Part shown: positions 1 to 11,056 of the stretch, piece by piece
Layout of the letters: each line of letters opens with the position of its first letter
Numbering within the stretch: the first letter of the stretch is position 1
Assembly: GCF_025965855.1 (NCBI RefSeq)
Contig: NZ_JAOPWB010000218.1
Location: 14,263-78,262, forward strand
Origin: Mycobacterium sp.
GTDB taxonomy: Bacteria; Actinomycetota; Actinomycetes; Mycobacteriales; Mycobacteriaceae
Direction of reading: 5' to 3'
DNA: 64,000 nt
Notes under the pieces: generated by a model
Seen by the model: only the letters and a program-made list of their open reading frames with translations
Database searches by the model: none
Told to the model about the DNA's origin: nothing
Translations under genes and position numbers: made by a program

Positions 1-224
1 GCCTTGATCAGCTCGAGGATCACGCCCCGGGCGGAGCTGTAGGTGCCGTGGTCGACGAGCGCCTTGTTGACATCGGCGAACCGGCTCAACGCGTAGAAGT
101 CGTATTCGCCGTTGTAGTAAAGCGGCGCCTCGTCTCGCAGGCGGGCGAACATCGGATACGGGTCGGCGATCAGCTCGACATCGTATGGGTCGAGATGAAT
201 ATCGCGATCCGTGCTCGCGGTCAC
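1..224 (-). CDS. Cytochrome P450, N-terminal part (runs off the window edge)
   Basis: My translation from GTG at 224: MTASTDRDIHLDPYDVELIADPYPMFARLRDEAPLYYNGEYDFYALSRFADV, a typical actinobacterial CYP N-terminus (DPYP..ARLR.EAP..Y...FYALSR..DV). AGGAGG RBS upstream. Not in the ORF track. Confidence 0.75.
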   Translation of the reverse strand, partial: MTASTDRDIHLDPYDVELIADPYPMFARLRDEAPLYYNGEYDFYALSRFADVNKALVDHGTYSSARGVILELIK

Positions 225-312
225 GAAATCCCTCCTACGGCTGCCATTTTCGTTTGATCATCGAGATATCCGCCGTGCGCAATTTATACGCTTCGCTTAA
301 ATACGTCGGTTC

Positions 313-327
313 ACTCTATTCTCGTAG
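313..327. promoter_or_regulatory. Putative TetR operator upstream of the P450
   Basis: ACTCTATTCTCGTAG matches ACTCTATATTCGTAG at 1093-1107 (13/15); both contain an imperfect TCTAY-N4-RTAG dyad. Confidence 0.5.
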
Positions 328-373
328 AGAATCATATGGCGGGTACTCTGGCAAGACCCTGTCCGGGAGCTCA

Positions 374-1066
374 TCAGGATGCGCCGACCCGGCGGCGACG
401 CGCTCGACGCAGGCCGCCGGTCTCCGTTAGCCGGCCCTTGTTCGGGTTCTTCAGGATGCCGGTGGCGATGGCCGCCAAGATGTCGTCGAGCTGCTCGGGG
501 CTGTCGACGATTCGGTCGCCATGGGCGAAGCGCAGCAGCAGCCCGTTGATGAAGGTGAGCGTGACGTTACTCAGATCCTCCACAACGGCCGGTTCCAGCT
601 CGGCGCCGCGCGGCATCAGCTGCACCAGGATTTCCCGGTGCAGCTTGGTGAATCCGTCCGTGGCCTGCTGCAGGATTGCGGCGAGCGCCTGATCGCGCGT
701 GGCCTGCATCGTCAGCTCGTAGCGGGCCTTGGTCCGCGACAACTGCGGCTCGTTGCCGGCCTGAATCACCACCTCCGACAACCGGGAGGGCGACGGCTGG
801 TTTCGGCGACCGTCGGCGCCGTCGGCCCCGTCTGCCACGGACTGCAAGGTCGCCAAATCGAGCTCCGCCAGCCGCTCCGCCGCGGCGCGCAGCAGCGCCG
901 AGCGGGTCCGGAAATAGAACGACGTCGTGCCGTCCGGGACCCCGGCCTGGCGGTCGACCTTGAGATGGCTCAACCCCTTGGCCCCGTCGTGGGCCAAGAG
1001 ATGGATCGCCGCATCGCATAGGTCGCGGCGGCGTTCCGTGGGGTTGGGCTTTCGTCGTTTGTCCAT
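374..1066 (-). CDS. TetR-family transcriptional regulator
   Basis: N-terminal HTH: RRRDLCDAAIHLLAHDGAKGLSHLKVDRQAGVPDGTTSFYFRTRSALL. Confidence 0.9.
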   Translation of the reverse strand: MDKRRKPNPTERRRDLCDAAIHLLAHDGAKGLSHLKVDRQAGVPDGTTSFYFRTRSALLRAAAERLAELDLATLQSVADGADGADGRRNQPSPSRLSEVVIQAGNEPQLSRTKARYELTMQATRDQALAAILQQATDGFTKLHREILVQLMPRGAELEPAVVEDLSNVTLTFINGLLLRFAHGDRIVDSPEQLDDILAAIATGILKNPNKGRLTETGGLRRARRRRVGAS

Positions 1067-1092
1067 CGCAGGGCGTCTCGGAGCGAGAGACT

Positions 1093-1107
1093 ACTCTATA
1101 TTCGTAG
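1093..1107. promoter_or_regulatory. Putative TetR autoregulatory operator
   Basis: Second copy of the motif at 313-327, 27 bp upstream of the TetR start. Confidence 0.5.
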
Positions 1108-1226
1108 TGACCCTAAACGGTAGCCCCGGCGCCGGCTCGCAAGGGATGCGAATCGCGGGCTGATGCAACGGGTTCCGGCTGAAAGTGTGGTGAAATGGTT
1201 CATTGTGGATCCCATCGACGATTGCC

Positions 1227-1826
1227 ATGGCGGACGTCCGGGCGCGTAAGCCCTTGATGGGCGCCCGCGGCCTCACGAGCACTCTGTTACTCGGTGCGGT
1301 GATGTGTGGCTGCCACTCGCCCCAACACCGCGCCTCCCCCACCACGTCGACCACCGCCGCGCCGACCACGACGACCCAAGCGGCGGCGCCCGCGGTCAAC
1401 ATTCAGCCGTTGCCGGTTCGGCCGGTGCAAAAGTCACAGCCGACCACCCTCAACAAGTGCTCCGCGACGAATCCGAGCGCGCCGGTGGCGCCGGCCAATG
1501 TTCTGGTTACCTGTGACCTCGCCCGGACCACCCTCTATACGTTGGGTCCCGAGACGATGCGGCTTGGGCTGACGCACGTGGACCCGCCCACGTCACTCTC
1601 GTCCGGTTTCTACGAGGTGAGCCTGACAATGGACCCGTCGTCCGCGGCGGCCTGGGCCGCCTTCACCGCCGCCCACCTGCAAGACCACGTCGCCTTCATC
1701 CGTGACGATCTCGTTCTGGAGGCGCCGATCATCGAAGAACAGGTGACCTCCGGGAAGATCGCGTTGACCACCCAAACAGCCCAGGCCTCAGACCAGTTGG
1801 CCCAATTGGCGGGCCGCCCCGCCTAG
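1227..1826 (+). CDS. Putative lipoprotein with a SecD/SecF head-like domain
   Basis: Hydrophobic signal ending AVMCGC (lipobox-like), Thr/Pro linker, then VSLTMDPSSAAAWAAFTAAHLQDHVAFIRDDLVLEAPII, resembling the SecD P1-head signature. Start codon uncertain. Confidence 0.6.
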   Translation: MADVRARKPLMGARGLTSTLLLGAVMCGCHSPQHRASPTTSTTAAPTTTTQAAAPAVNIQPLPVRPVQKSQPTTLNKCSATNPSAPVAPANVLVTCDLARTTLYTLGPETMRLGLTHVDPPTSLSSGFYEVSLTMDPSSAAAWAAFTAAHLQDHVAFIRDDLVLEAPIIEEQVTSGKIALTTQTAQASDQLAQLAGRPA

Positions 1827-1827
1827 C

Positions 1828-2640
1828 ATGGACCGGCTCGGTATCGGTTTCCTCGGCGGATTCGGCCTTCCGCCTGTGGAATTCGTCAACCTCACGGCGG
1901 ACCTAAGTTGCGGGTACATGTCGGCCGTTGTGCGGGGGCTCCCGTTGGTACCGCTCGGCTATCAGCCCTTCTCGCTGAAGGACGCGGCACTCAGGCGAGG
2001 CATGCTGGCCGCGATGAATCACCGTGGCGTGACGATCTCGCTCGGCGACGGGTTCCTGGTCTTGCCCGGCGCCGAGATGCAGGAATTCACAGGCGATCTC
2101 GACGCACTGGCCGAGCTCGCCGTTCCCCGGATCAACGTCGTGAGCCTCGACCCCGACCTTGGCCGCACGTTCGACCAGTTCGCGATCCTGACGGAACTCG
2201 CCGCTCAACGCGGCATCCAGACCGTCGTCGAACCGGTACCGGGCCTGACCGTGGGCGACCTGCCCACCGCGCTGGCCGCCCGGGAGCACGTCGCCCGGCC
2301 CGACTTTCGCTTGTTGATCGACACCATGCACCTGGTGCGATCGGGTTCCGGCGCGGCCGATGTCGCGGCCATCGACCCCGACCACATCGGGTATGCCCAA
2401 GTCAACGACACGACGCTGCGGCCACGCTTCGACAACTACATGGAGGAAGCCATGTTTGAGCGCATGGTTCCCGGCGAGGGCGAATTACCGCTGCACGACA
2501 TCCTTTCGGCGCTTCCGCCCGACATCGTGATCGAAATCGAGGTGCCGAGACGATCGTTGGCGCTGGCCGGCGTCAGCCCGATCGATCGCCTCCGCCCCTG
2601 CGTCGAGGCGGCGCGCCACTTGTTGGCCGACGTCCCGTGA
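1828..2640 (+). CDS. Sugar phosphate isomerase/epimerase (xylose isomerase-like TIM barrel)
   Basis: Metal-binding pattern VVEPV..LLIDTMH..YAQVND..IEIE. Confidence 0.8.
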   Translation: MDRLGIGFLGGFGLPPVEFVNLTADLSCGYMSAVVRGLPLVPLGYQPFSLKDAALRRGMLAAMNHRGVTISLGDGFLVLPGAEMQEFTGDLDALAELAVPRINVVSLDPDLGRTFDQFAILTELAAQRGIQTVVEPVPGLTVGDLPTALAAREHVARPDFRLLIDTMHLVRSGSGAADVAAIDPDHIGYAQVNDTTLRPRFDNYMEEAMFERMVPGEGELPLHDILSALPPDIVIEIEVPRRSLALAGVSPIDRLRPCVEAARHLLADVP

Positions 2641-2673
2641 GTCCTCAGCCGGCCGCCGGGCCGATGGGCTGGG

Positions 2674-3672
2674 TCAGCTTGGTTCGCGGAGCGGAAGACC
2701 GGCGGCGCGATAGATCGCGTCGATCACGGTCATGTTCTCGACCGCGTCTTGTGGGGTGGTCTTGACGGGTTCCCCGCGCAGCACCGCGGCGGCGAAGGCG
2801 TCGAGCTGATAGGCGTAGGAGGGGCGCCGCGAAAAACGCTCGACGCGCCGGCCGTCGGGTGATCGGATCGTGAGCCGGTGGAAAACGCTCGGCATTACGG
2901 GATTGAAAATCCGCAACTCGCCCTGTTCGCCCACCACGCGGGCGCTGATCTGCAGCAGCCGCGACGACCACATCGAGCAGCGGACCCGGCCGGTGTGCCC
3001 GCCGGCGAACTTGACCTCGGCCGTCATGGCGCGGTCCACCTGCGGACCGCGCAATTTCGCCTCTGCCCAAACGACTTCCGGCGTCGAACCGCCGTAGGTG
3101 CGGACCATGTGGACCGCGTAGCACCCGGCGTCCATGAGCGCGCCGCCGGCAAGTGAGTAGTTGTAGCGGATATCGGAGAACTTCGGCAATGGGAAGCACA
3201 GGGCGGCCTCAACCCGCTTGAGCTTGCCCACCTCGCCCGAGGCGATGATTTCCTCAACGCGCCGGGTCAGCGGGTGGTAGCGATAGTGGAAGGCCTCCAT
3301 CACCACCCGATCCGAATTCGCTGCGAGCTCGGCGATCTCGCGCGCCTCGGCGGCGTTGGCGGTGAACGGCTTTTCGCACAAGACGTGCTTGCCGGCGGCC
3401 AGTGCGGCCCGGGTCCACCGGCCGTGCAAGCCGTTCGGCAGCGGAATGTAGACCGCGTCGAGCTCCGCGTCGGCGATCAGCGCCTCGTAGCTTTCGTGCA
3501 CCCGCGGGATGCCGTGTTTGGCGGCAAAGGCCCGCCCACGCGCCGGATCGCGGGCCGCCACGGCGGCTACCTCGACCTGGCTGTGTTCCTTGGCGGGGGT
3601 GACGAGGGCCAAAGGTGCGATGCGGGCCGCACCCAAAATGCCGATGCGGATCGCGTTCCCGTCTCCTGACAC
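2674..3672 (-). CDS. Gfo/Idh/MocA-family oxidoreductase
   Basis: IGILGAARIA Rossmann motif, VYIPLPNGLH and HVLCEKP. Confidence 0.92.
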   Translation of the reverse strand: MSGDGNAIRIGILGAARIAPLALVTPAKEHSQVEVAAVAARDPARGRAFAAKHGIPRVHESYEALIADAELDAVYIPLPNGLHGRWTRAALAAGKHVLCEKPFTANAAEAREIAELAANSDRVVMEAFHYRYHPLTRRVEEIIASGEVGKLKRVEAALCFPLPKFSDIRYNYSLAGGALMDAGCYAVHMVRTYGGSTPEVVWAEAKLRGPQVDRAMTAEVKFAGGHTGRVRCSMWSSRLLQISARVVGEQGELRIFNPVMPSVFHRLTIRSPDGRRVERFSRRPSYAYQLDAFAAAVLRGEPVKTTPQDAVENMTVIDAIYRAAGLPLREPS

Positions 3673-3750
3673 GGACCCGACGCTAGCATCCGGCCACCGC
3701 CTGCCGCGGCTATCGCCGAAATCGGCGCCCAGCTACCGACCGAGCGCCCT

Positions 3751-4976
3751 TTAGCTGCCGGTTCCGCGGCGGGCGAATGCCGGCGCGTGCTCGGGCCGGA
3801 TCCCGACGCCGATGAAATACGCGGGCACAACCGACAGCCACGGCAGCCGCTCCATCACGCTTAGCAGGGCCGCCGGTGGTGTGGGGTCCGCGCCGCGAAG
3901 CAGCGGGCCCAGCAGCCGTCTTTGCAGCACCCGTTGCACCGCTTGGGTCACCGCGGTCGGAAACAACCGCCGGCGGCGGACCGCCGCCAGGTCGCGATGC
4001 GTGACCCGGTGCTGCCGCAGTGGTTCGGCCAATATGGTCGCGGCCGCGACGGCGTCCTGGACCGCCAGGTTGATGCCGACCCCTCCCAGCGGGGACATCG
4101 CATGCGCGGCGTCGCCGATGCACAGCAGCCCACCGATGTGCCAGGGACGCAGCCGATCCACCCGGACGTCGAGGTGCTTGATGTCGTCCATGGACGTCAG
4201 CGTCGCCACCGGCTCGAGCGCCTCGGGCACCAGCGCGCCGACCTCCCGGCGGAACGCCTCTATCCCTCGCGCGCGCAACTGGGCGTCGGTCCCTTTGGGG
4301 CCGAGGTAGGCGATCTGGTTGTAACCCTCGCGTGGAATCACGCCCAGCGCCTTGCCGGGTGCAACACGAGGCAAGAAGGAGAATTGCGCGGCGTCGTGGC
4401 GCGGCAGCCTGAACCACCAGACGTCGAAGTTCACCGGGTATTCGCGTGTCTTGAAACCGGCCTCCCGGCGAGCGATCGACCCCCGGCCGTCGCACGCGAC
4501 GGTCAACTCCGCTCGCAGCTCGCCGGGGCCCTCGGGTCCCTGGTAGCGCACTCCGGTGACCCTGCCGCCCTCCCGCAGCAGCCCGGTGGCCTCGCTGTCA
4601 TCCTCAGCGTGAAGCTCGGCTCGGATTGGGCGACATCGGCGAGCAGGTTCAGCAGGTCCCACTGCGGCACCATCGCGACGAACGGGTGGGGCTGGCGCAG
4701 GCGCCCGAAGTCGACGTAGGTCACCGAGCGCCCGTCCGACTCGAATTTCGCGTTGCTCAACGCGGTGAACGGCAACTGCGCGAAGCGCTCCCACAAGCCC
4801 AGCTCGTCGAGCAACCGCATGGTGGTCGGGTGCACCGTGTCACCGCGAAAGTCGCGCAGGAAGTCGCCGTGCTTTTCGAGCAGGGTGACCTCCACGCCGG
4901 CCCGGGCCAGGAGCAGCCCGAGGACCATCCCGGCCGGGCCGCCGCCGACGATCGCGCACGTGGTCGTCTCAACCAT
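3751..4976 (-). pseudogene. FAD-dependent monooxygenase/oxidoreductase split by a 1-nt frameshift near 4597
   Basis: N-terminal half (GGGPAG, FRGDT) is in ORF 4503-4976. C-terminal half (VACDG, GDAAH..SPLGGVGINLAVQD) is in ORF 3751-4794. At the junction, ATG ACA GCG AGG becomes M-x-S-E-A-T-G-L if one base is added. Confidence 0.75.
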
Positions 4977-4983
4977 CAGGGGT

Positions 4984-6696
<1,713 letters not shown>

Positions 6697-8229
6697 TCAG
6701 CTGACTCGTTGCATCTGATTCAGCACCTTTTCGGTGTTGGGCAGGTCTTCGTCGAGACCTTCGCTGACGGTGCGATATGTCCCGTTGAGGGCGTAGACGG
6801 CCACCACCGCGTCCTTGCCGCTGGCCGTGGTCATGTAGCCGGCCTGGCCCGCGGCCACGAACATGGCTGGCATCGGGCCCATTTCGGGTCGCGCCGACAG
6901 GCCGCTTTTCACCATGATCTTGCCGTCGTGGTCGATGTCGGGCAGGCCCGCCTTGAATACTGCGGCGAACGACTGGGCGTGGATATAGCCGAGCCAACGC
7001 GTCATTGCGGCTGGGGTCGCCGAGGCCGGATCGGAGCCTTCCCCGTCGTAGATGTTCACCGTTCCCGGCTCGATGTTGGCCTTGGCGAACTTGGAGATCA
7101 CCACGGGCATGCCCCCGGAGTCACAATCCCGCGACCCAGCCTTCTTTGCCAAAAGACAGAGCAGCGTCTCGGCCCCTCGGTTGTCACTGATCTTGGTGAC
7201 CAGCCTCGTCAGGATGCTCGTCGGCGGCGAGGTGAGCGATGCGACCTTGTTCGCCGCGGTGTAATCACTATCCGGCGGAAGGGTTCCCGTGGATGCCTGC
7301 AGGGGCGTGTCCACGGTGACCCCGGCGCGGCGCAGCGCCTCGATGAACAGCGCCCGCGCGTACGCCGCGGGGTTGGGCGCGAACTGCGCGAGGTCCTGTT
7401 GCGGGGCACCCAGCGGAAGCCGGCCGGCTATGACCACGCGGTTATCCGGTTGCAGGGTTGCGGTCAGCGTCGACTGACCACCGGCGGCGGCCGTGGTGGC
7501 GTGATTGTCGACGGTGAAGAATTGCGTGCTGGGAATCGTGCTCATCTTGACGGGATCGCCCATGCTCGCCCCGGGGTTGATCAGGATGTCGAGCAGGTTG
7601 TCGTTGACCATGATCGAGGTGACGACGCCCTCCTTGGTCGTGAACGGGTTCCACAGCTTGTCGTTCACCAGCACATCGCCGTTGATCGACGTGATGCCCG
7701 CGGCCGTGACCTCTGCGGCGAGCCGGTCGAGACCGGCCAGCGGGTTGGCGGCGACGGGCTTCACCGTCGGCACCGCATATGCGTAGACATGATCGGGTTC
7801 GGTGTATTGCAGCTGTCCGTCCAGCACTCCCCGACCGCCGAGAATAAAGTCTCCTGAACCCACCAAGACCAGGTCACCAGTCAGTGTCCCGCCGGAACGT
7901 GTTCCCGTCGCATACACCGGCGTCTCCAGCGTCGAATCAGCCCCGAACTCTTCGTAATACGTGCCGACGGTGAACAACTTTGTGGTTGAACCCAGAAAGT
8001 TGAGCTTGTTCTCGTTGCTGGCAAATAACATCTTGCCGGAACCGAGCTCGACGGCATCCCAGCTCCACGAACCGTGTGCATACTGCGCTGAGTTGATGAT
8101 CGCTTGCGCCTCGCTCGGCATCGCAGGTGTGGTCGGATTGCTCGCGCAGGCTCCGATCAGCAGCGTGCACAACGCGAAGGCAGCACCGCACGACGCTTCG
8201 TAACGGTTCGCAAAGTTAGGCCGCTTCAC
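6697..8229 (-). CDS. dacB: D-alanyl-D-alanine carboxypeptidase/endopeptidase (PBP4, peptidase S13), lipoprotein
   Basis: SxxK (STTK), SxN (SDN) and KSG motifs; LYATG..GGTLTGDLVLVGSGD typical of PBP4; lipobox LIGAC. Start placed at GTG 8229. Confidence 0.85.
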   Translation of the reverse strand: MKRPNFANRYEASCGAAFALCTLLIGACASNPTTPAMPSEAQAIINSAQYAHGSWSWDAVELGSGKMLFASNENKLNFLGSTTKLFTVGTYYEEFGADSTLETPVYATGTRSGGTLTGDLVLVGSGDFILGGRGVLDGQLQYTEPDHVYAYAVPTVKPVAANPLAGLDRLAAEVTAAGITSINGDVLVNDKLWNPFTTKEGVVTSIMVNDNLLDILINPGASMGDPVKMSTIPSTQFFTVDNHATTAAAGGQSTLTATLQPDNRVVIAGRLPLGAPQQDLAQFAPNPAAYARALFIEALRRAGVTVDTPLQASTGTLPPDSDYTAANKVASLTSPPTSILTRLVTKISDNRGAETLLCLLAKKAGSRDCDSGGMPVVISKFAKANIEPGTVNIYDGEGSDPASATPAAMTRWLGYIHAQSFAAVFKAGLPDIDHDGKIMVKSGLSARPEMGPMPAMFVAAGQAGYMTTASGKDAVVAVYALNGTYRTVSEGLDEDLPNTEKVLNQMQRVS

Positions 8230-8318
8230 GCTGAAGGATCCTGTCACCGCGAGCGGGCGTGTTGGTCCGGCGACACGCCGGTAGACACGGCATTCTGCGA
8301 ACGCTCGCCGGCGGTTGG
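8212..8318. repeat. Direct repeat copy 2: dacB start region plus a 60-bp palindromic element
   Basis: Second copy of 6577-6689. Confidence 0.85.
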
Positions 8319-8419
8319 CCGCGACCGAATTCCCGGCGATGCCACTACCGCCGATATGGTCATGATTAAGCTCGATTCGGCGCAACACTGCACTCGGACA
8401 CCAAAGAGGGGGCACAAAG

Positions 8420-9439
8420 ATGTTGGCGCAATTCGGAATGTCCATTCCCCTGGTCGCTGCCCCGATGGCGGGTGGCCCCACCACGCCGGCGATGGTGTCG
8501 GCCGCGAACCAGGCGGGCGCCCTGGGAATGCTGGCGGCCGGGTACAAGACCGTGGAGGCCGTCGAAGCCGAGATCACGAAGATCCGTGCCGAGGGAATCC
8601 CTTTCGGAATCAACGTGTTTGCGCCCAATCCCCTGCCCGTCGACCCCGACAGCTACCGCACCTACGCCGCAGTCGTTCAGAAGGACGCCGAGCAGTTTGG
8701 CCTGACTCTGCCAGCCGAGCCGATTGACGACACCGACGGGTTCGACGAGAAGATCGCGCTGTTGCTCGACGACCCGGTGCCGATGGTCTCCTTCACCTTC
8801 GGGATACCGCCGCGCGACGTGATCGCCGCCCTGCGAAAGGCCAATAGCGTTGTGGTGCAGACGGTGACGACGCCCGACGAGGCGGCGCAAGCGCGCGACG
8901 CCGGGGTCGACATGCTTGCCGTGCAGGCGGCGACGGCCGGCGGGCATTCGGGCACGCTCTCGCCGCGCAAACCGTTGACGCCGGTCCCGATCGTCGACCT
9001 TGTCAAGCAGATCGTCGCGACCGTGCCGCTGCCGGTGATGGCCGCCGGCGGGCTCGCCACGCCCGCCGCGGTGGCCGAGGTGATCCGCGCCGGCGCGGCG
9101 GCGGCCGCGGTCGGGACGGTTCTGCTACGCGCCACCGAAAGCGGCGCCTCGGCCACCCACCAGGCGGCCCTCACCGATCCCGCTTACACCGAGACGGTGA
9201 TCACCCGGGCCTTTACCGGCCGCCCGGCCCGCGGCCTGCGCAATGCGTTCATCGACGCCCACGAGGCGGAGGCGCCGCTGGGCTATCCGGCGATTCACTA
9301 CCTCACCAGCCCGATGCGCAAAGCCGCCGCTGCCGCGGGCAAACCCGACTACGTCCATCTGTGGGCGGGCACCGGGTATCGGCACGCCACCGCCGAGCCC
9401 GCGGCCGACATTCTGCGGCGATTGGCCTCCGGCCTCTGA
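8420..9439 (+). CDS. Nitronate monooxygenase family flavoprotein
   Basis: PLVAAPMAGG, QAATAGGH, TRAFTGRPARG, LWAG. Confidence 0.9.
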   Translation: MLAQFGMSIPLVAAPMAGGPTTPAMVSAANQAGALGMLAAGYKTVEAVEAEITKIRAEGIPFGINVFAPNPLPVDPDSYRTYAAVVQKDAEQFGLTLPAEPIDDTDGFDEKIALLLDDPVPMVSFTFGIPPRDVIAALRKANSVVVQTVTTPDEAAQARDAGVDMLAVQAATAGGHSGTLSPRKPLTPVPIVDLVKQIVATVPLPVMAAGGLATPAAVAEVIRAGAAAAAVGTVLLRATESGASATHQAALTDPAYTETVITRAFTGRPARGLRNAFIDAHEAEAPLGYPAIHYLTSPMRKAAAAAGKPDYVHLWAGTGYRHATAEPAADILRRLASGL

Positions 9440-9463
9440 CCGTCTACCGGCCGGTCGGGGAAT

Positions 9464-9688
9464 TCAGTTGCTCAGGTACAGGTACCACAGGCCGTCGGGA
9501 TGCTCGACGCAGGAGAAATGGGTAAAGGTGCCGGGATGGTTCACCTCGACGTGGGGGCCGTCCACCATGCATGCGGCTTGAGTCGAGTAGTTGCCCTCCA
9601 CTTGGATTTCGTCAGCGTTGCTGATACCTACGCCGGTGGTCATCAGTCCACAGAACGCCAGGACACCGGCGGCAACGGTCTTCCTCAT
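9464..9688 (-). CDS. Small secreted protein (74 aa)
   Basis: GGAGG RBS; signal peptide MRKTVAAGVLAFCGLMTTGVGISNA; mature part has two Cys. Confidence 0.7.
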   Translation of the reverse strand: MRKTVAAGVLAFCGLMTTGVGISNADEIQVEGNYSTQAACMVDGPHVEVNHPGTFTHFSCVEHPDGLWYLYLSN

Positions 9689-9847
9689 CAGGCACCTCCA
9701 GTGCGCTTCCACCCTTGAGGCAAGGGATACAGCCAATTGCTGATGGTCCGACGTTAGCGAGCCGCGCCCGTTCCCGCACAGCAAATGAAAAGAATTTGCA
9801 CGGCCATAATATTGAGCGCTCCGCGTTGGGACTTTCGGCGACCGCAT

Positions 9848-10843
9848 TCAACTGGCCGCACCCCGGGCGGGCCGACGCCGCATGGACATCACGCCGTCGA
9901 TCGCGTTGCTGACGCACTGTGCGTCCTCTTCGAGCAGCATGTGCCCGGCGGTGGGCCGGCGCAGGTGCGTGGCACCCGGGATGGCCGCCGCAAGGTCGCG
10001 TGCGTGGTCGGCCGGGGTGGTTCGGTCCGCTCCGCCGCTGATGACGACCGTGTTGGCGGCGATCGCGGCCAGCGCGTCGTACTGGTCGTATCGCTTCAGG
10101 CTGGGAAGGAAGCCGGCCGCGGTCGTCAATGAAATGGTGCGGATCGCGGATTGGGTGACCGCCGCGGCGCCATACCGCTCGACGCCGGAATATTTGATGA
10201 TGCCTTCGCAGAAGGGCCGCACCAGCCCGTTGATCGCCTGGTCCGTCGCGCGTCGGGGCATGTGGTGCACGAGGTCGAACAGCGCTCCCGTGGCGCGGGT
10301 GGCCAGCAGGCGGCCGAGCCCCCGTTCGGCGAGTCGGCCGGCCGCGCTGGCGACCAGGACGAGGCCCTGCGGTTCCACCGGGCGATCGGCGGCGGGGCGG
10401 CCCAGGTAGGCCAGCGCCGTCATCCCGCCCATCGAGTGCCCCGCCAGCGTCAGCGGCCCGTTCACGCGCAGAACCGTCAGGACGTCGGCGAGGTCGGCGG
10501 CGAGCCGGTCGATCCGGTAGGTGTGCATGTCGGCGCCGGTCGAACGGCCGTGTCCGCGCTGATCGTAGGTGATGATTCGCACGCTGTTGCCCCACCGGCG
10601 GACCAGGTGACGGACCTGAAGTGCCCAGCTGGACTGCGTCAGGCACAGGCCGTGCAGCAGGACGACGGTGTGTTCGCGGGTACCGGCGGCGCCGTAGTCA
10701 CGGACCGCCAGCCGCACGCCGTCACTGGCGATCACCGTGCGCTCGACATAGCCATCGCACGTGGCGGGCAGTCGTTGCGGGCGAGCGGCAGTTGTCCCAC
10801 CGTACGCGTTTGATCCCGTAGTCAGTTCCGGCTGAGTGAACAC
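9848..10843 (-). CDS. Alpha/beta-fold hydrolase
   Basis: VLLHG, DQRGHGRS, GHSMGG nucleophile, catalytic D and H (DRTTP, AGHM). AGGAG RBS before GTG 10843. Confidence 0.9.
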   Translation of the reverse strand: MFTQPELTTGSNAYGGTTAARPQRLPATCDGYVERTVIASDGVRLAVRDYGAAGTREHTVVLLHGLCLTQSSWALQVRHLVRRWGNSVRIITYDQRGHGRSTGADMHTYRIDRLAADLADVLTVLRVNGPLTLAGHSMGGMTALAYLGRPAADRPVEPQGLVLVASAAGRLAERGLGRLLATRATGALFDLVHHMPRRATDQAINGLVRPFCEGIIKYSGVERYGAAAVTQSAIRTISLTTAAGFLPSLKRYDQYDALAAIAANTVVISGGADRTTPADHARDLAAAIPGATHLRRPTAGHMLLEEDAQCVSNAIDGVMSMRRRPARGAAS

Positions 10844-11056
10844 GGTGGGCTCCTGGTCGGTGTCTATGTCGAGGGGATCCCGACACCTTGTTGCACTCGA
10901 AGCTACGGATGGACGACGGCGCTGGCGCTCTTGTGCGCAATAGCCACGCAACAAGCGATTTTGAGCTATTTGCGGATTGTGCTCAGTGCGGGTCGTCGGC
11001 TGAGGCGCCAGCAACCAGATTCCTTGCCGCACTGGCATTTAGCAGCTCGCGGAAGC

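Noticed and set aside
6697-8628. 643-aa version of the dacB ORF
   Set aside because: The extension overlaps the divergent nitronate monooxygenase and would bury the lipoprotein signal; GTG 8229 fits better.
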